This document shows positions 42,506-58,102 of a stretch of 64,000 nucleotides of DNA, piece after piece (positions within the stretch are counted from its first letter, which is position 1; each line of letters starts with the position of its first letter). The notes under the pieces are model-generated. The model was not told the DNA's origin. It saw nothing but the letters and a program-made list of their open reading frames with translations, and ran no database searches. Source of the stretch: the human T2T-CHM13v2.0 reference genome, Homo sapiens; NCBI RefSeq assembly GCF_009914755.1, contig NC_060925.1; one strand, written 5' to 3'. Made by a program: the position numbers and the translations under genes.

Positions 42506-43869
42506 ACAGAGTGAGTAGTTAACCATCTTCAGCTGGGTGACAGGAACACCCATTTTGAACTCCAGCTCCATCACTATCTTACTCTGGAAACTTGGCCATG
42601 TGTATCAGTCAGGTTTCAATTAGAGAAACAGAACCACTAGGGGATTCTAACCTGAAACATACAGGAAAGGGAATTCTGGGAAACGTAGTTCAGCTGAGCC
42701 TAGTTGACAATTACAAAGACATCACACCATGCTACCTAGCTGCTCTGAGGGCTTATTTCCTTGTTGGTGAGATGGGACAGTAACACCTCTCTTTGGATTA
42801 AATGGGATAGAACACATGAAGCATTTGGGTCTGGCACAGGGAAGTGTTCAATAAATGGTTCTTAGCATAGCTGCTCAGGATCCCACAGATAATAACTGCC
42901 AGAGGAGTGATCTGAACTCACAGTTGTTGTCCCTAATGCCTAATGCTCCTCCCACTTCACCCTGCCACCTCCTGTGCTGGGCCTGAGAGTGTGGAAATGA
43001 GTAAGACAAGTCCCTGCTCTCAGGATCCCATATTTCAGTAGGGGGTAAGCCAGGGACACAAATAAATACAATATAGGTCAGGAAAAGGAAGGCAGACACC
43101 ATTAATGGGGGATTTCTATAAGACTAGCTCTGAGCTGGATTCCCTATACAGGGGAAGGGAAGGATGCAAGGGTTGGGGGGTGAATGGTTTGCTGCATAGG
43201 TCCTCTGTGCCAGGCTCTGTAGTAGGAAGTTTACGTGATGATCACATTTAGTCTTCACAATTAAAGAATGAGCTAGATATTATCCCCGCAATACAGATAA
43301 GAGAACTGAGACCCTGAGAGATTAAGTCATTTGCCCTAGGTCACAGAGTGACCAAATGACAGAACCCCTGCATCCCAGGAGATGGCTAGAGTGCAGTGGA
43401 AGCTGCAGCTCAGGGTCTGTCCCCCGGGTCACTGCCAAAGAAGGGTACTCCCCCTGAGCTCAGAAGCCAGGGCTGGCTATTTAGCCCCCTCCCGGGCCTG
43501 CCCCTTGCACCTGTGTGTGCCCGTGGGCGGTGGGCCCGTGGTGGCTGCAGTGCCGTGGTGGTGGCAGCAGTGGCGGGCGGCAGCAGGGAGACAGTCACAC
43601 CTCGCTGTTTTGTAAACTGTTTCTCACAGCTTGTTTGTTCCGGGTTAGGGCTGGAGCGGCACCGTATGGAAGTGTGACTCATTGTTTAATGTGGCAGCTC
43701 ATTAGCAGAGCTTGTTGCTGCCTCTGATTTCTCTGCTCTTGCTAATTGGAGAGCCCAGTGGGGCCCTGGCTTCCCGTGAAGAACCAACCCAGCTTCCCCA
43801 GGGCTCTAGCTGGCCCTTGCCCCTCCAGGCTCCCTGAGGAGGCCACCCCATGCCTGTGGGCCCTGGGAT

Positions 43870-44080
43870 CAGCCAGACTGGGTTCAAATCCCAGCTCATC
43901 CTGGCTGTGTAACCTGGGATAAAGCATTCCTCCTCTCTGAGCCTCAGTTTCCTTATCCACCTAATAATTGGGAAATAGCACCCACTTCCTCGGGGTAGGC
44001 TAGAGACACAGTAATAATGTGTGTAAAGTCCCCTGGTATGTATAGATGCTCAATAAGCAGTTTTGTAGTGTTATTATTAT
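43870..44080 (+). mobile_element. MIR
   Basis: ctgggttcaaatcccagctc...ctctgagcctcagtttcc. Confidence 0.8.
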
Positions 44081-44199
44081 TAGGCTGAAACCTCAGAGAG
44101 CCCCTCTGTTTTGGCCTACCTGGGGCAGCCACCCAGCCCAGAGGTGCTCCAGAGGCTCAAGGTGTGAGGACCTCTTCCACTGCAGATAATCTAACACAT

Positions 44200-44705
44200 T
44201 TCTTTCTTCCGTGCTTCACCCCTCCCAAGGCAAATCTGCCAAGGGGCCCCAAATGCCATTCCCTCTCTGTGACCCCAGAAAAGGAAGCACAGCCTGGCTT
44301 TGGAGGGCCCTGGGCCTTCCTTAAAGTGGAAGTCTGCTCCCTGGAGCTCTCCCTCAAATTTCAGCTCTCCTCTTTGAAGCCACACAGAACACATCTGTCC
44401 CCAGTGTCCCGTGACTGTCCTTTGCTATTTGAAGACAGTGATCACATCCCCTCTCCAAGTCTTCTCTCCAGGTGGAACATGTCCAGTTTCTTCAACTGTC
44501 CCTTAAATGACATAGCTCATATGCCTGCTGGACCATACCATCAGTGGTGACCTTAGAGTTGTGCAATGCCGTGACCTCATTCTGAGTCCCTTCCCCAACC
44601 TCCTCATGCTCTGAGTCTACTCCTCTTTGCTTAGGTGCCTCCTGAGATGTGCAGTCTAGAATTCAGCTCAGTCCTCTGAACAGGATAGGGCAGCCCCATC
44701 TCCTA
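44200..44705 (-). mobile_element. L3/CR1 remnant
   Basis: agtcttctctccagg...ccagtttcttcaactg resembles antisense CR1. Confidence 0.5.
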
Positions 44706-44715
44706 CTACGTCAAG

Positions 44716-45222
44716 ACCTGTGCTATCCAGTGATAATATAATGTGAGCCATGGGTATAATTTTAAATTTTCTAGTGGCTGCCTTAATAAAAGGAGCTGGG
44801 CATGGTGGCATGCGCCTATAATCCCAGTGCTTTGGGAGGCTGGGGTGGGAGGATTGCTGGAGCCCAGTAGTTCAAGGCTGCAGTGAGCTATGATTGTGCC
44901 ACTGCACTCCAGCCTGGGCAACAGGGTGAAATACCATCTCAATAAATAAATAATAAATAAGCACCCATCTTTTTTAAAAAGTAAAAAGAAATAGGTAACA
45001 TTAACTTAAAAAATATTTTCACTTAACCAAATGTAGTCAAAATGTTATTTCAGCATGTAATCAGTATCAAAAAATCATTCATGAGATACTTGAAACCTTT
45101 TTTCATACAAAATGTTCAAATCCGGTGTGTTTTTATACTTAACAGAACATCTCATTTGGACTAGCCACGTTTCAGGTGCTCGGGAACTCCACGGAATTAG
45201 TGGCTCCAGTGCTGAGCAGTGC
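44716..45222. mobile_element. MER33-like hAT-Charlie element with an Alu monomer (44793-44960, +)
   Basis: aatgtgagcca...taattttaaattttctagt; catctcatttggactagccacgtttcaggtgctc. Confidence 0.75.
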
Positions 45223-46335
45223 CGTCCAGACTCTACCTTTGTTAACATGATCTGAACTGCTGTGGTGTTGTAGCTGACACATCACTCTGGTTCAGGAGGA
45301 AGGAGTCATCAAGTGCCTAAGGGCTGGGGCCTCTGGGTGGTAGGCAATCGCGACCCCAGTCTTGGTTTCATCATTAGTTCACTATGTATGTGATGTCGCT
45401 CTTCCTTTCCAGGCCTCAGCATCCTCATCTGACAATCACGAGGTGGGAAGAAGAAAGCAGCGCCTGCTCGGTGCCAGGAACCCCCCGGGGCGCTCCCCAT
45501 GTGCTGTGTTACATGTTTCTTGGAAAGCCCACTGTTTTAGGTTTTCTTATCTCTGTTTCATTCCCACTTGACCCTGAGACTTCCTCCAGGGCCTTGTGGA
45601 CTCATAGCTGGTGTGTTGGTTGCTTCTGCCCTCCTGGCCACCATGGATACCAGTGGGCTCAGTTTTAGGCATGCAGCCCTCAAACCTCTTCCCTTCCTTG
45701 TCATGACTCTTTCCCTAAGTCGTAGACTAAGGATAGTGATGGCAGTGTTTTGATACGTGTCTGCAGGTGGCGGGCTCCTGCTGGATGAAAACGCCTCTGC
45801 CTGCCCAGGTGTCTGGTCTGTCACTTGCAGAGCCGTCCCTTCATGGTGGTGGTTGTGAGGCCAGGTCCCAGCCCCTCCCTGTGCCTGGTACTGTTCTGCT
45901 AGAATGTATTAGAGTGAAACCCAGACATCACATTGCCCACAGCTTCCTCCCTCATTGGCTTCCTCCCCAACTCCTCACATCCAGCTTACTTCTCCTTCCT
46001 GACCACAGGCACTCGTTCCCGTCCAAGAGCCACCTGTGTGACTTTGAGAACATCACTTCACTTGACAGAATCTCCGTGTCCATGTGTGAGATAGAGGAGA
46101 ATTCCACCTTCCTCCTGAGGTTGGTGAGAATGACAACTGAGACTGTGTGATATGTGATATGTGACCGTGCCTCGCTCAGTACTTGGGGTAAATGTTAACT
46201 GTGACTGAATCTTTACCAGTCATTTTAAGAACAACTTAGCCTTACTCTCCTAACCTGAACCCTCTCTGGGGCTCCTCTGTGAGCTCTGCATGGCTTTCCT
46301 CTCATTCCCCAGCCATCTGGGTCTTTCTAGACTAG

Positions 46336-46832
<497 letters not shown>

Positions 46833-47299
46833 TACTGTGAATCCTTCTAAAGTCCATTATACCCTTCCCTGTGTTTCCAAAAGAAGGGTAACTGACCTGA
46901 ATGTAACTTTTTCTTGGTGATTCAGGACCATCATTAGGGATCAATATTTTTATATTAAAATAGTGGAGAACACTAACCTTTGAGTGCTCATTGTATACTG
47001 GGTATCTTATGATGTCATCCAATTCTTATGCAACCCTGATATAAAGTTTGGATATTATCTCCTTTTTGCAGATTAGGAAACTGTCTCAGAGCTATTTAGA
47101 GGCCTGCCAGGGTTTCACGGTCTCATACAGAGAGGTTCAGCCCCTCTCTTCCTCTACATTGCCTTTCGAGAGCCTTGAGGTTCCATTTTGAGGGCCCCTG
47201 GCTGACTCACAGTTCTTACCTGAGCTTTACAGGTTGGCCTTGCTTGGCTGGGCGCTGGTAGTATATACTCAGGGCAGTCACTGCCTCACTTTTTGGCCT

Positions 47300-47850
47300 G
47301 CACTGGCCTGAGAAAGCATGTACTGTAGCATATGCTTTTAGGCCTTTGATTTCTTGACCTTTCCATGACATATGTGCTATTTACTAGTTCCTTCTTTAAC
47401 CACTCTCTTCTGGTTCTCATGAGTTCACTCTTTCTGAGCTTACTGGCTGCTCCTTCCCAGAAGCTTCCAGTCTGCCCTGGTTTTGCTCCCCCTAACATCT
47501 TGGTGTTCTTCAGCAGCCCCCTTTGGCTCTCTGTTCTTTTCATATTCTGCTCCAGCATCACCCTTGGGGTCTTCACTCCCCACCAGCCATGGTTTCACCA
47601 CCTCTGTGCCAAGGACTTCCAAGTTTACACCTCCTGTCCAGACCTTTGCTCAGAGTTCCAGACTGTGGCCTCATGACCACTACCATATCAACTGCCTGCC
47701 AAATGGACTTCTTCCCTGGCTGACCCACTGGCACACAAACTCAGCTCCCCCAAACTGAATCCATCATCTTCCTCTGAAGCATCCACCCCTTCTTGTGATC
47801 TCTGTCTCAGTAACCACCCCTCCCCTCTGCCCCATGCCTTATAATAATAC
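47300..47850 (+). mobile_element. L2 fragment
   Basis: Pyrimidine-rich L2 RT-like sequence. Confidence 0.55.
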
Positions 47851-48112
47851 CGGCTAATATTTCTCAAGGGCTTACAAAATGCAGCCTCTGTGCTAAGTGA
47901 TTCCATGGCTCTCACTTGATCCTTAATCAATCAGGAGAGGTTGGCATTATTTGATTGTCATCCTCATTTCACAGATGAAAAGAGGGAAACAGAAGTTCCT
48001 GGCACATGGTAGGCACTTGACAAGTGCTGGTTCTTTCTATGGCTTTTTGTTTCCCAACTATCTAAATTCATAAATTAAATCCACTATTCTCTTTTTTTTT
48101 TTCTGGGTCTGT

Positions 48113-48733
48113 TTTTTTTTTTTAATTTTTATTTTTGGTTCTGGGGTACATGTGCAGGATGTGCAGGTTTGTTACACAGGTAAACGTGTACCATGGTGGT
48201 CTGCTGCACCTATCTATGTATTAAGCCCGCATTAGCTATTCTTCCTGATGCTCTCCCTCCTCCAATCCACCCACCGACAGGCCCCAGTGTGTGTTGTTTC
48301 CCTCCCTGTGTCCATGTGTTCTCATTGTTCAGCTCCCACTTACAAGTGAGAACATGCGGTGTTTGGTTTTCTGTTCCTGTGTTAGTTTGCTGAGGATAAT
48401 GACTTCCAGCTCCATCCACGTCCCTGCCAAGGACATGATCTCATTTCTTTTTATGGCTGCATAGTATTCCATGGTGTATATGTACCACATTTTCTTTATC
48501 CAGTCTATCACTGATGGGCATTTGGGTTGATTCTAATGTCTTTGCTGCTGTAAATAGTGCTGCAATGAACATATGCGTGCATGCATCTTTGTAATAGAAC
48601 GATTTCTATTCCTTCGGGTATATACCCCGTAATGGGATTGATGGGTCAAATGGTATTTCTGGTCCTAGATCTTTGAGGAATCACCACACCGTCTTCCACA
48701 ATGGTTGAACTAATTTATGTTCCCACCAACCGT
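48113..48733 (-). mobile_element. L1PA (primate L1) 3' end, 5'-truncated
   Basis: ggggtacatgtgcaggatgtgcaggtttgttac...; minus-strand translation WIKKMWYIYTMEYYAAIK (ORF2 C-terminus). Confidence 0.92.
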
Positions 48734-49204
48734 ACACAGCAGCTGTTCCTACCTGGGACATCTCTGGGTGTCCAGCTTGCTCAGTGACTCTAGCTTGGTA
48801 AATGAATCACCCAGGCTGGCTTCTTGTTCTGAGATATCTCATCCAAAGATCTTTCCCAGCTGAACTGAGACTCTGCCTCAGGAGGCAGCTGCTGTTGGTG
48901 AAGACAGGCAATGTGCAGAGAGTTACACAGGAACCCAATATGAGGCATGCAGCCACTAAACCTGCCCTTCCTCTCTGCCACTCCTCCCTCAAGTAACACC
49001 CTCAGGCAGGTGATAGCAGTTTTCAGGGTGTTTTTTCAGGTGGTGATCTGCTAGATGAAAACTGTTCTACCTACCCAGGTGTCTGGTCTGTCACTTCAGA
49101 GCTGTCCCACCCCGATAGTGGTCGTGAAGCCAGTTCTCAGCTCTTCCCCTGTTACTATTACCACTATTGTCACTGTCATCCTCACGACAATCCTGTGAAG
49201 TAGG

Positions 49205-49515
<311 letters not shown>

Positions 49516-50088
49516 TAGATATTATCAATGCTACCTTATAGCTAAGAAAATTAGGGCTCAGAGAGGCAAAGTGACTTTGCCAAGGACACAGAGCTAGAGC
49601 CAGGATCTAAACCAGGCCTGTCAGGCTCAGAGTATGTATGCTTTCCACATTAAGTTTCAGGGAGTTCATTTGGTCAAGGAGAGTAAAACTAAGTTATTCT
49701 TAAACTGACTGTAAAATGTAGGCATCCAAAAAAAAATAAGTCTTGTGAAGAAAAAGTCACAATGAACATTTACCCTAAGACGAGCGTTGTGCAGACACTG
49801 GGCAAGACACGTTCACGCATAGGGCCTCACTTGTCACTCCCACCAGCCCTGTGAAGAAGGAGGAATTCTCCACCATTATCCCAGGCCTGGAAATGGAGAT
49901 TCTGTCAAGTGCAGAGATTTGTTCAAAATCCCACAGGTGACAGGGGATGCCCTGGGATTGGAAGGTGAGTCTTTGAGACTCCAAGCCCAGTGCTCACTCC
50001 TCCCACAAGACTGTGGTCAGAAATGAGGAGCTATGGCAAATAAAGTGGAAGGGGGGAGGTTTGGATGACGTGGTATCTGGAGTTCTAC

Positions 50089-50386
50089 TTTATTATTTTT
50101 TAATTTTTTATTGAAACAGGGTCTCACTCTGTTGCCCAGGCTGAAGTGCAGTGGCACAATTATGGCTCACTGCAACCTCGACCTTCTAGGCTCAGGAGAT
50201 CCTCCCACTTCAGCTTCCTGAGTAGTTGGGACCACAGGTGTGTGCCACCATGCTCAGCTAATTTTTGTAGAGACAGGGTTTTGCCATGTTGCTCAGGCTG
50301 GTCTCAAACTCCTGAGCTCAAGCGATCTGCCTGTCTCAGCCTCCTGAAGCACTGGGATTACAGGTATGAGCCACTATGCCCAGCCT
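50089..50386 (-). mobile_element. Alu (AluJ-like)
   Basis: Dimer; flanks GAGTTCYACTTTA. Confidence 0.9.
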
Positions 50387-52147
50387 AGAGTTCCACTTTA
50401 ATATATCTGGTAGAGCAGGAACAGGCACAAAAATCAACTTTTTTAGTTAGGGAAACTGAGGCTTAGAGAAGGACAGCTGGAAAGTAGAGATGCTGGTATT
50501 TTGCTTGAATCTGTCTGACTTTTAGGCTTTTGCTCTCTTCACCACTCCACACTGTGGTTGCCAAAGCCAGACACCTCCTCCTTCTGACAATCTCTTCTCC
50601 AAGCCACAGCCTGAGGTCCACTGGGAACTCTGGGTCTTTTTCTCTCAGGTGGAAAAGATTTGAGACTCTTTGCCTTACAACCCCTAATAGTGTCAGGCAC
50701 TGTACTAGGTAATTTACAAGCATTTATTCATTTAATTCCCATAACAAGCCTGTGAGGTAGAAACTACTATTATCCCCATTTTTATGATGAAGGATCTCAT
50801 GCCTGGAGAGGCCATATGATTAGAAGTGAGGGAATGGAATTTGCATTGGAGACTGACTCCAGACCAAGTTCTTCACTGCCGGGGTTGAGTGTAGATTTCA
50901 CTCTCTGAGGTATATAATGCATGAGACCTAAAGACCAGAGTCCAAAGTCCCAGCTACCCTGTCCCTATCCATGAATTCCCACCCCCTCCTAAAGACACCC
51001 CTCATGCCCATCTTAACACCATGGATTAAGTCCTACTTCAGTTAGAGACTTCCTTTGGCCACCTTCGTACCTAATCCAGCTCTCACAATTACCCTCAAGA
51101 GAGGCATTATTGCTTCCATTTTCCTGAGGAGGCAGTTGAGGCCCTAGGGTCTCACAGCGTGGGTGTCAAGCTCCGAAACCACCTGTCTCTCTCTCTAAGA
51201 CTCTTGCTCTCCCTGCTGGGGAGCCATGCGGGAGCCTGGGAAATCAGCTACTCCAAATCACGATTCCTGAATTCTGCCCCTGCCCATGTGCCTGACCCCT
51301 CCCCACACGGAGGAGGGGCATTGGCTCAGTGATGTCCAAGGCTCCCTCTTTATCTCACAGCATTGGGTGCTGTCTTCATGACTCCATCAGGGCCCAGCTC
51401 TGGCAGAGGACCAACCTCCTGAGTACATACGGCTGACCTTCAGGCAGCTCTGGCCACCCCTGTGGCTCCACAGGGGTCCCAAGTCACATCCCTTCTCAGG
51501 GGAGGCCAATTCCCCTACCTCTGATTTCTGTGGGACCCTGGGACCTTCTCCAAGGCCCTTTCCATCAGACTCCATGTCTTCCTATCCCTTGCACTCATCA
51601 GGCCTGTCCTGGGGCGGTGGAAGTCACAAGGCCAGGCTGCTGGACCACACACTTGGCACCAAGTCACTGGACTTTTCACCGAGGCTCTGGTTGGGGCACT
51701 CATTCATTAATTATTCACTCAAGTACATGCCTTCTCTAGCAACTCTTCTTTTTCCCTTCAGTATTTTTAAATTTATTATAAAAATATTCAACAATATAAA
51801 ACTATATAAAGTAAAAGGGGAGGCTTTCCTCAATCCACAATATCACTCTTGATTGGAACTAACTACTCTTAACAGATTTGGGGAATCCTTCCAGAAATGT
51901 CTATATGTGTGCATATATATGTGCAAATATAATGCACATGTGTAGTATTTACAGTCATGTAATCATATGACACATGTTACCTAGCATGCAATAGGCACTG
52001 TGACTTTTCCATCACTTCCTTTCTTCCTGAGTGTTGTCTCAGAACCACCTTTCTGTGTTAGTCCATAGAAGTCTACTTTATTACTTTTGAGGGCTGCGTA
52101 GTTTTTCTCTGTGTAATTGTGCCAACAGCACAATCTCCTTCAGATGA

Positions 52148-52636
<489 letters not shown>

Positions 52637-52838
52637 TGAAGCCTCTTATATTCCCTTTCCCTGTTCCCTCCCATCTCCCATTCAGGTCCTGCACTGGGCC
52701 TGACAGAGGAATGAGCAAGGCAAAGACCCTGGCTAGAGAAACTCACAGACTATAAACAGGCCTGGAAACAGAAAATTACAGCAGAGAATGGGAACAAGAA
52801 GCATACACCAGGAACATAGGAAGACTGACTGATACATT

Positions 52839-53271
52839 TGTGATGGTTTCTCGTATGTGTTAGCTTGACTGGGCCAAGGGGTGCCCAGATGAGATGTTAT
52901 TTCTGGGCGTGTCTGTGAGGGTGTTTCCAGATGAGATTAGCCTCTGAGTTAGTGGACTCGGTAAAGTAGATTGAGCTCCCGAATGTAGGTGGGCATCATC
53001 CAAACTGTTGCAGGCCTGATTAGAACAAAGAGGAGGGAAGGAGAGGATTTGTCTCCTTCCTGCCTGCCTGCTGCTTGAGCTGGGACATCGGTCTTCTCCT
53101 GCCCTTGGACTGGCATTTATACCAGCAGTTCCCCTGGTTCTCAGGCACTTGGGGTTGGGCTGGAAACAATATCACTGGCTCTCCTGGACCTCCAGCTTGC
53201 AAGGGCAGACTGTGGAACTTTTTAGCCTCCATAACTTCTTAGTCTCCATAATTGTGTGAGCCAGTTTCCTC

Positions 53272-53325
<54 letters not shown>

Positions 53326-53405
53326 ATCTATCTATCTATCTATTCATCAATCAATCTGTTTAATCTATCTCCAGTTGGCTCTGTTTCTCTGGAGAAACCT
53401 AAGGC
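52839..53405 (+). mobile_element. MLT2B-like ERVL LTR containing a (TATC)n STR at about 53275-53342
   Basis: tgtgatggtt...cttgactgggccaaggggtgcccagat...tctgtttctctggagaa. Confidence 0.85.
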
Positions 53406-54529
53406 ATCATCCAAAGTGATCCAAGGAGGCTTCTTAGAAGAGGTGACAGACAAGCTGACTTTCAAAGGCGTTGGTCAGGGATGTGAGAAAGCTGCCTGAG
53501 TTCTGTCTCACCCTGTATGTGGATTGACTTCCTGTATCTGTACTACTTTTCCTCCCTCATCATTTATGCCTCTACTTCCATAAAAAGGGATTTGGGTAGA
53601 TTCTGATTTTTATAAAATGACACATACAATAAAAATACAACCATTAAGTAAGGAAAAGAAGTAAGAACTTTGTAATACAACGGGAAAAGAGAATGAACTA
53701 CAAACCTACACTTAGAATAGTTCCTGTGTTTGATACAAGATTTAACTCTGTGCTTCCCAGCAGGCAAGAAGGTAGCATATCTGCACACATTGCAATGTGG
53801 GGACGGAGGGCCCATCCAGTGACATCAGGAGAGCGCTTGCTCACCCACCCCCTCTCTATTGATTTGTTCACTGTGTTAATGGCTCCCTTTTGTGTTTGGC
53901 TGGTCAGTGTTTTGAATTGGTCTTTAATTATATCTCATGCAAATGACTAAGGCATATGGAGAGGTTGTGGAGCCAAAAGTTTAGAAGCACCTATTATGTG
54001 CCACTCCTACTACTCTTCTCTGCAACATAAATAGAGGAAACTGAGGCTCGGAGGAGTTAAGTAAAACACTGGTCAAGTTGGCCCAGGGGCCCACATCTCC
54101 TGACCCCAGCATAGGCTCTTTATGAGTTTGGATGGATGAGATCTTTGGATGAGATATCTCAGAACAAGGAGCCAGCCTGGGCAATCCGTTTGCCAAGCTA
54201 GAGTCACTGAGCAAGCCAGACACCTACAGATGCCACAGGTAGGAACAACTGCTGTGTACTCTAGCTCAGCTTGAGAATAGTTGGTTTAATTTATGAATTT
54301 AGATGGTTGAAAAACCAAAAGCCATAGAAACAATCAGCACTTGTCAAGTGCCTACTATGTGCCAGGAACTTCTGTTTCCCCCTTTTCATCTGTGAAATGG
54401 GGATGACAGTAAAATAATGCCAACCTCTCCTGATTGATGAAGGATCAAGTGAGAGCCATGGAATCACTTAGCACAGAGGCTGTACTTAATATGTTCTTGA
54501 GAAATATTATTGTTATTTTCTTTTGTCTC

Positions 54530-55229
<700 letters not shown>

Positions 55230-56010
55230 TAAAAATGAAGGTTCAGGAAAAGCATGTTAGGCAGGTAGGCCTAGGATAAGCACGCACGGCATGAGGTCTT
55301 TCTACTGGGTGAGAGGGCCTCTGAACGGCAGCTGCAGAGAGAATGTGGGCGGCACACGTGGCTGGCCTGGGCCCTGCGGGTAAGAGTTGTGGTCATAGTG
55401 GTGGGGCCCTGCTCAGGCCATGCCTAGCACCCAGAGGAGCAGCAGAGAAGTGACTGCAAAGCAGCCTGGGGCCGGAACCAGGTCCCAGGGCGGTCAGACC
55501 AGCTGAGGGACTATCGGCTGGTTGATGAGAGTTTACAAAGGGTAGGATGACAGCATTGGTGGGGACCACATTTTTGGCTTGTCCTCACTTACTCTAACCC
55601 AAATATTAAATTGCAGTAATTAAAAGTAGAAGTTAAGGGTGTGGGCTAAGCATGTTTCACACAACACAAAGGGGAGAAGAGGGCATGCCCCCTCCCTGCC
55701 AACCTGTCTGCTCCATTTGGCCTGGGAAGTCTGTGCCCCACTTATTTGGCATCACCCACCTGTGCAGGCAGCAACCAGGTGAGAGAAAGCAGCTGTAGCC
55801 ATGAAAGCGTTGGCTTCGGGGCTGGAAAATATGGGCTGAGGTTCTGGCTCTGTGACCTGGGGAAATTTATTTTACTTCTCTGAGCCTCTGCTGTCCCTTC
55901 TAAAATAATCCCAGGCTCTAGGATTAATTTAGGATCAAGTGAGAGCCAGGGACTCACTTTGCATAAAGGGTGCACTTAGTAAGTGCTTTGATACATTATT
56001 TTCTCGTCAT

Positions 56011-56361
56011 TGTCTTAGTCACGTGGGCTGCTATAACTGGGTAGCTTATAATCAACAGAAATGTGCCTCTCACCTTTCTGGAGCCTGGAAAGTCCAAGAT
56101 CCAGGTGCTGGCAGATTCAGTGTCTGGTGAGGGCCTGTATTCTGGTTCATAGACTTTGACTTTTTGGTCCAACCTCACATGACAGAAGGGGCAGGGGGTC
56201 TCTCTAGGGCCTCTTTATAAAGGCACAAATCCCATTCATAACGGCTCCAGCCCCAAGACTTAATCACCACACAAAGGCCCCACCTTCTAATACCATCACC
56301 TTGCAGGTGAGGATTTTAACATATTAATTTTGGGGCGGACTTAAACGTTTCGACCATAGCA
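56011..56361 (-). mobile_element. MLT1A/MSTD-like solo LTR
   Basis: TG...CA termini; perfect TSD GTCAT at 56006-56010 and 56362-56366. Confidence 0.88.
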
Positions 56362-57621
56362 GTCATTATTATTATCATTCTCACAATGGCACTGTGAAGT
56401 TTCCTCAGGAGTGCTGCCTCAGTTTCCCCATCTGCAATGGGAATAGCTGTGGCTACTCCAGAGTGTGGCTTTCAGGATTAAATAAGATGGAACACACAAC
56501 ACAGTGCCTGGCACACAGGAGGCCTTTCCTCCCTCCCTCCGTCAGCCACTTCTGCAGGGCTGGTTGTTCTAATTATCTTAATTCACCAGGAGGCGCCAGC
56601 CTCTCTACCAGGGTTCCCTGTGTGGTGGGGCCCTGAGACCAACAGTCAAGTTGAGGAGGTGGTGACGCTGGCCATGCATCTAGAGGACACAGGGCAAGGC
56701 CAAGCTGTCAGCCAGAGAGAGAAATACTTACAATTTTTCAGAGGCCACATAGCTCCTTCCCTACCTCATTATCTCCTTTTATTCTTGTACCTCCTCTGGG
56801 GGAGTGGGATAGATGTGATCTTCATTTTGCAGATGGGGAAACTGAGGTAAGTAACCATTCCATGGCTACACAGTGGGTCCTTAATGGAGCTGGTACTAGC
56901 TACCTCCTTCCACAGTCACCTACCAGTGCTGGGGCTATGGCCGCCAAGGGGAGAAGCAGCAAGTCTGGGGGGTCCTCACAAGTGGAGGCTTACTGACTTG
57001 GGAAGGTCCACTGCCTCCATGGCCTGGTGGGGATTGGGAGGGCCTGGTGGGAGGAGGGAAGCTGGAAGGGGTAGCTTTCTCCTAGAAAGCTCACTCCCTT
57101 TTCAGTGACTTCTTATAGTGATGGTTGTGTCTTTAGAGTTCCAAACTAGTATTTTGCAAGGAGGTCTCAAGACTGTGAACATCACCCTCAGATGGAAGCT
57201 TCGAGAGTATCTGCCTAGGTCCTCCACCCATTTGACTGATGAGGCAACAGAGTTCCAGAAAGAAGTGACTTAGCCAAGAGCAGGGCCAGTAGCAGAATAC
57301 TGCAGCCCAGTGTTTTCACACCACTGTTGGAGGCCCTGGGGACAGGACAATCCAGAGGAGAGGACATTTGGGCAGGACATGGCAGGCAGTGAGGCCACAG
57401 TGAGATACTAGGTCTTATTCTGCCGGGCACTGCCATCAAATCATCACTTATCTTTTCCCTGCAACAACCCTGGGAGGTCGAGGTTGTTGTCCTCACGTTA
57501 CAGGGTAAGAAACAAGACAACTCAGAGAAGGCCAAAGTCAAATAGCTTCTTCGTGAAGGAGGCAGAATTCAAATCTGGACCTGCCTGTCTCCAAATCCTA
57601 CACATTTTCTATTACATCTCT

Positions 57622-58102
57622 TGCAATGGGTTCCATAGTGGCCCCCCAAAATTCTTGCCTTTCCAGGAACCTCAGAATATAGCCTTGTTTGAAAATAAAG
57701 TCTCTGCAGATATAATTAGCTAAGTTAAAATGAGGTCATTCTAGAATGGAATGGGCCCTAAATCCAATATGGTAGGTGTCATTACAAGAATAGGAAAGAT
57801 ACAGAGATGGACAGGAGATTGCCATGTGAAGACACAGGCGGGGAAGAACACCATGTTGAGACCGAGGCAGAGACTCGAATGATGCGTCTACAAGACAAGA
57901 AACATGCAGGATTGCTGGCAACTGCACGAAGCTAGAAGAGGCAAGGAAGGATTCTCCCCTAGAGCCTTCAGAGACAGTGTGGTCCTGCCAACACCTTGAT
58001 TTCAGACTTCTAGCTTCCAGAACTGTGAGACAATAAATTCCTATTGTTTTAAGCCACCCAGTTTGTGGTACTTTATCACAGCAGTGCTAACAAATTAATA
58101 TA
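57622..58102 (+). mobile_element. MLT1C-like solo LTR
   Basis: gctagaagaggcaaggaaggattctcccctagagcc...caataaattcctattgttttaagccacccagtttgtggtac. Confidence 0.85.
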
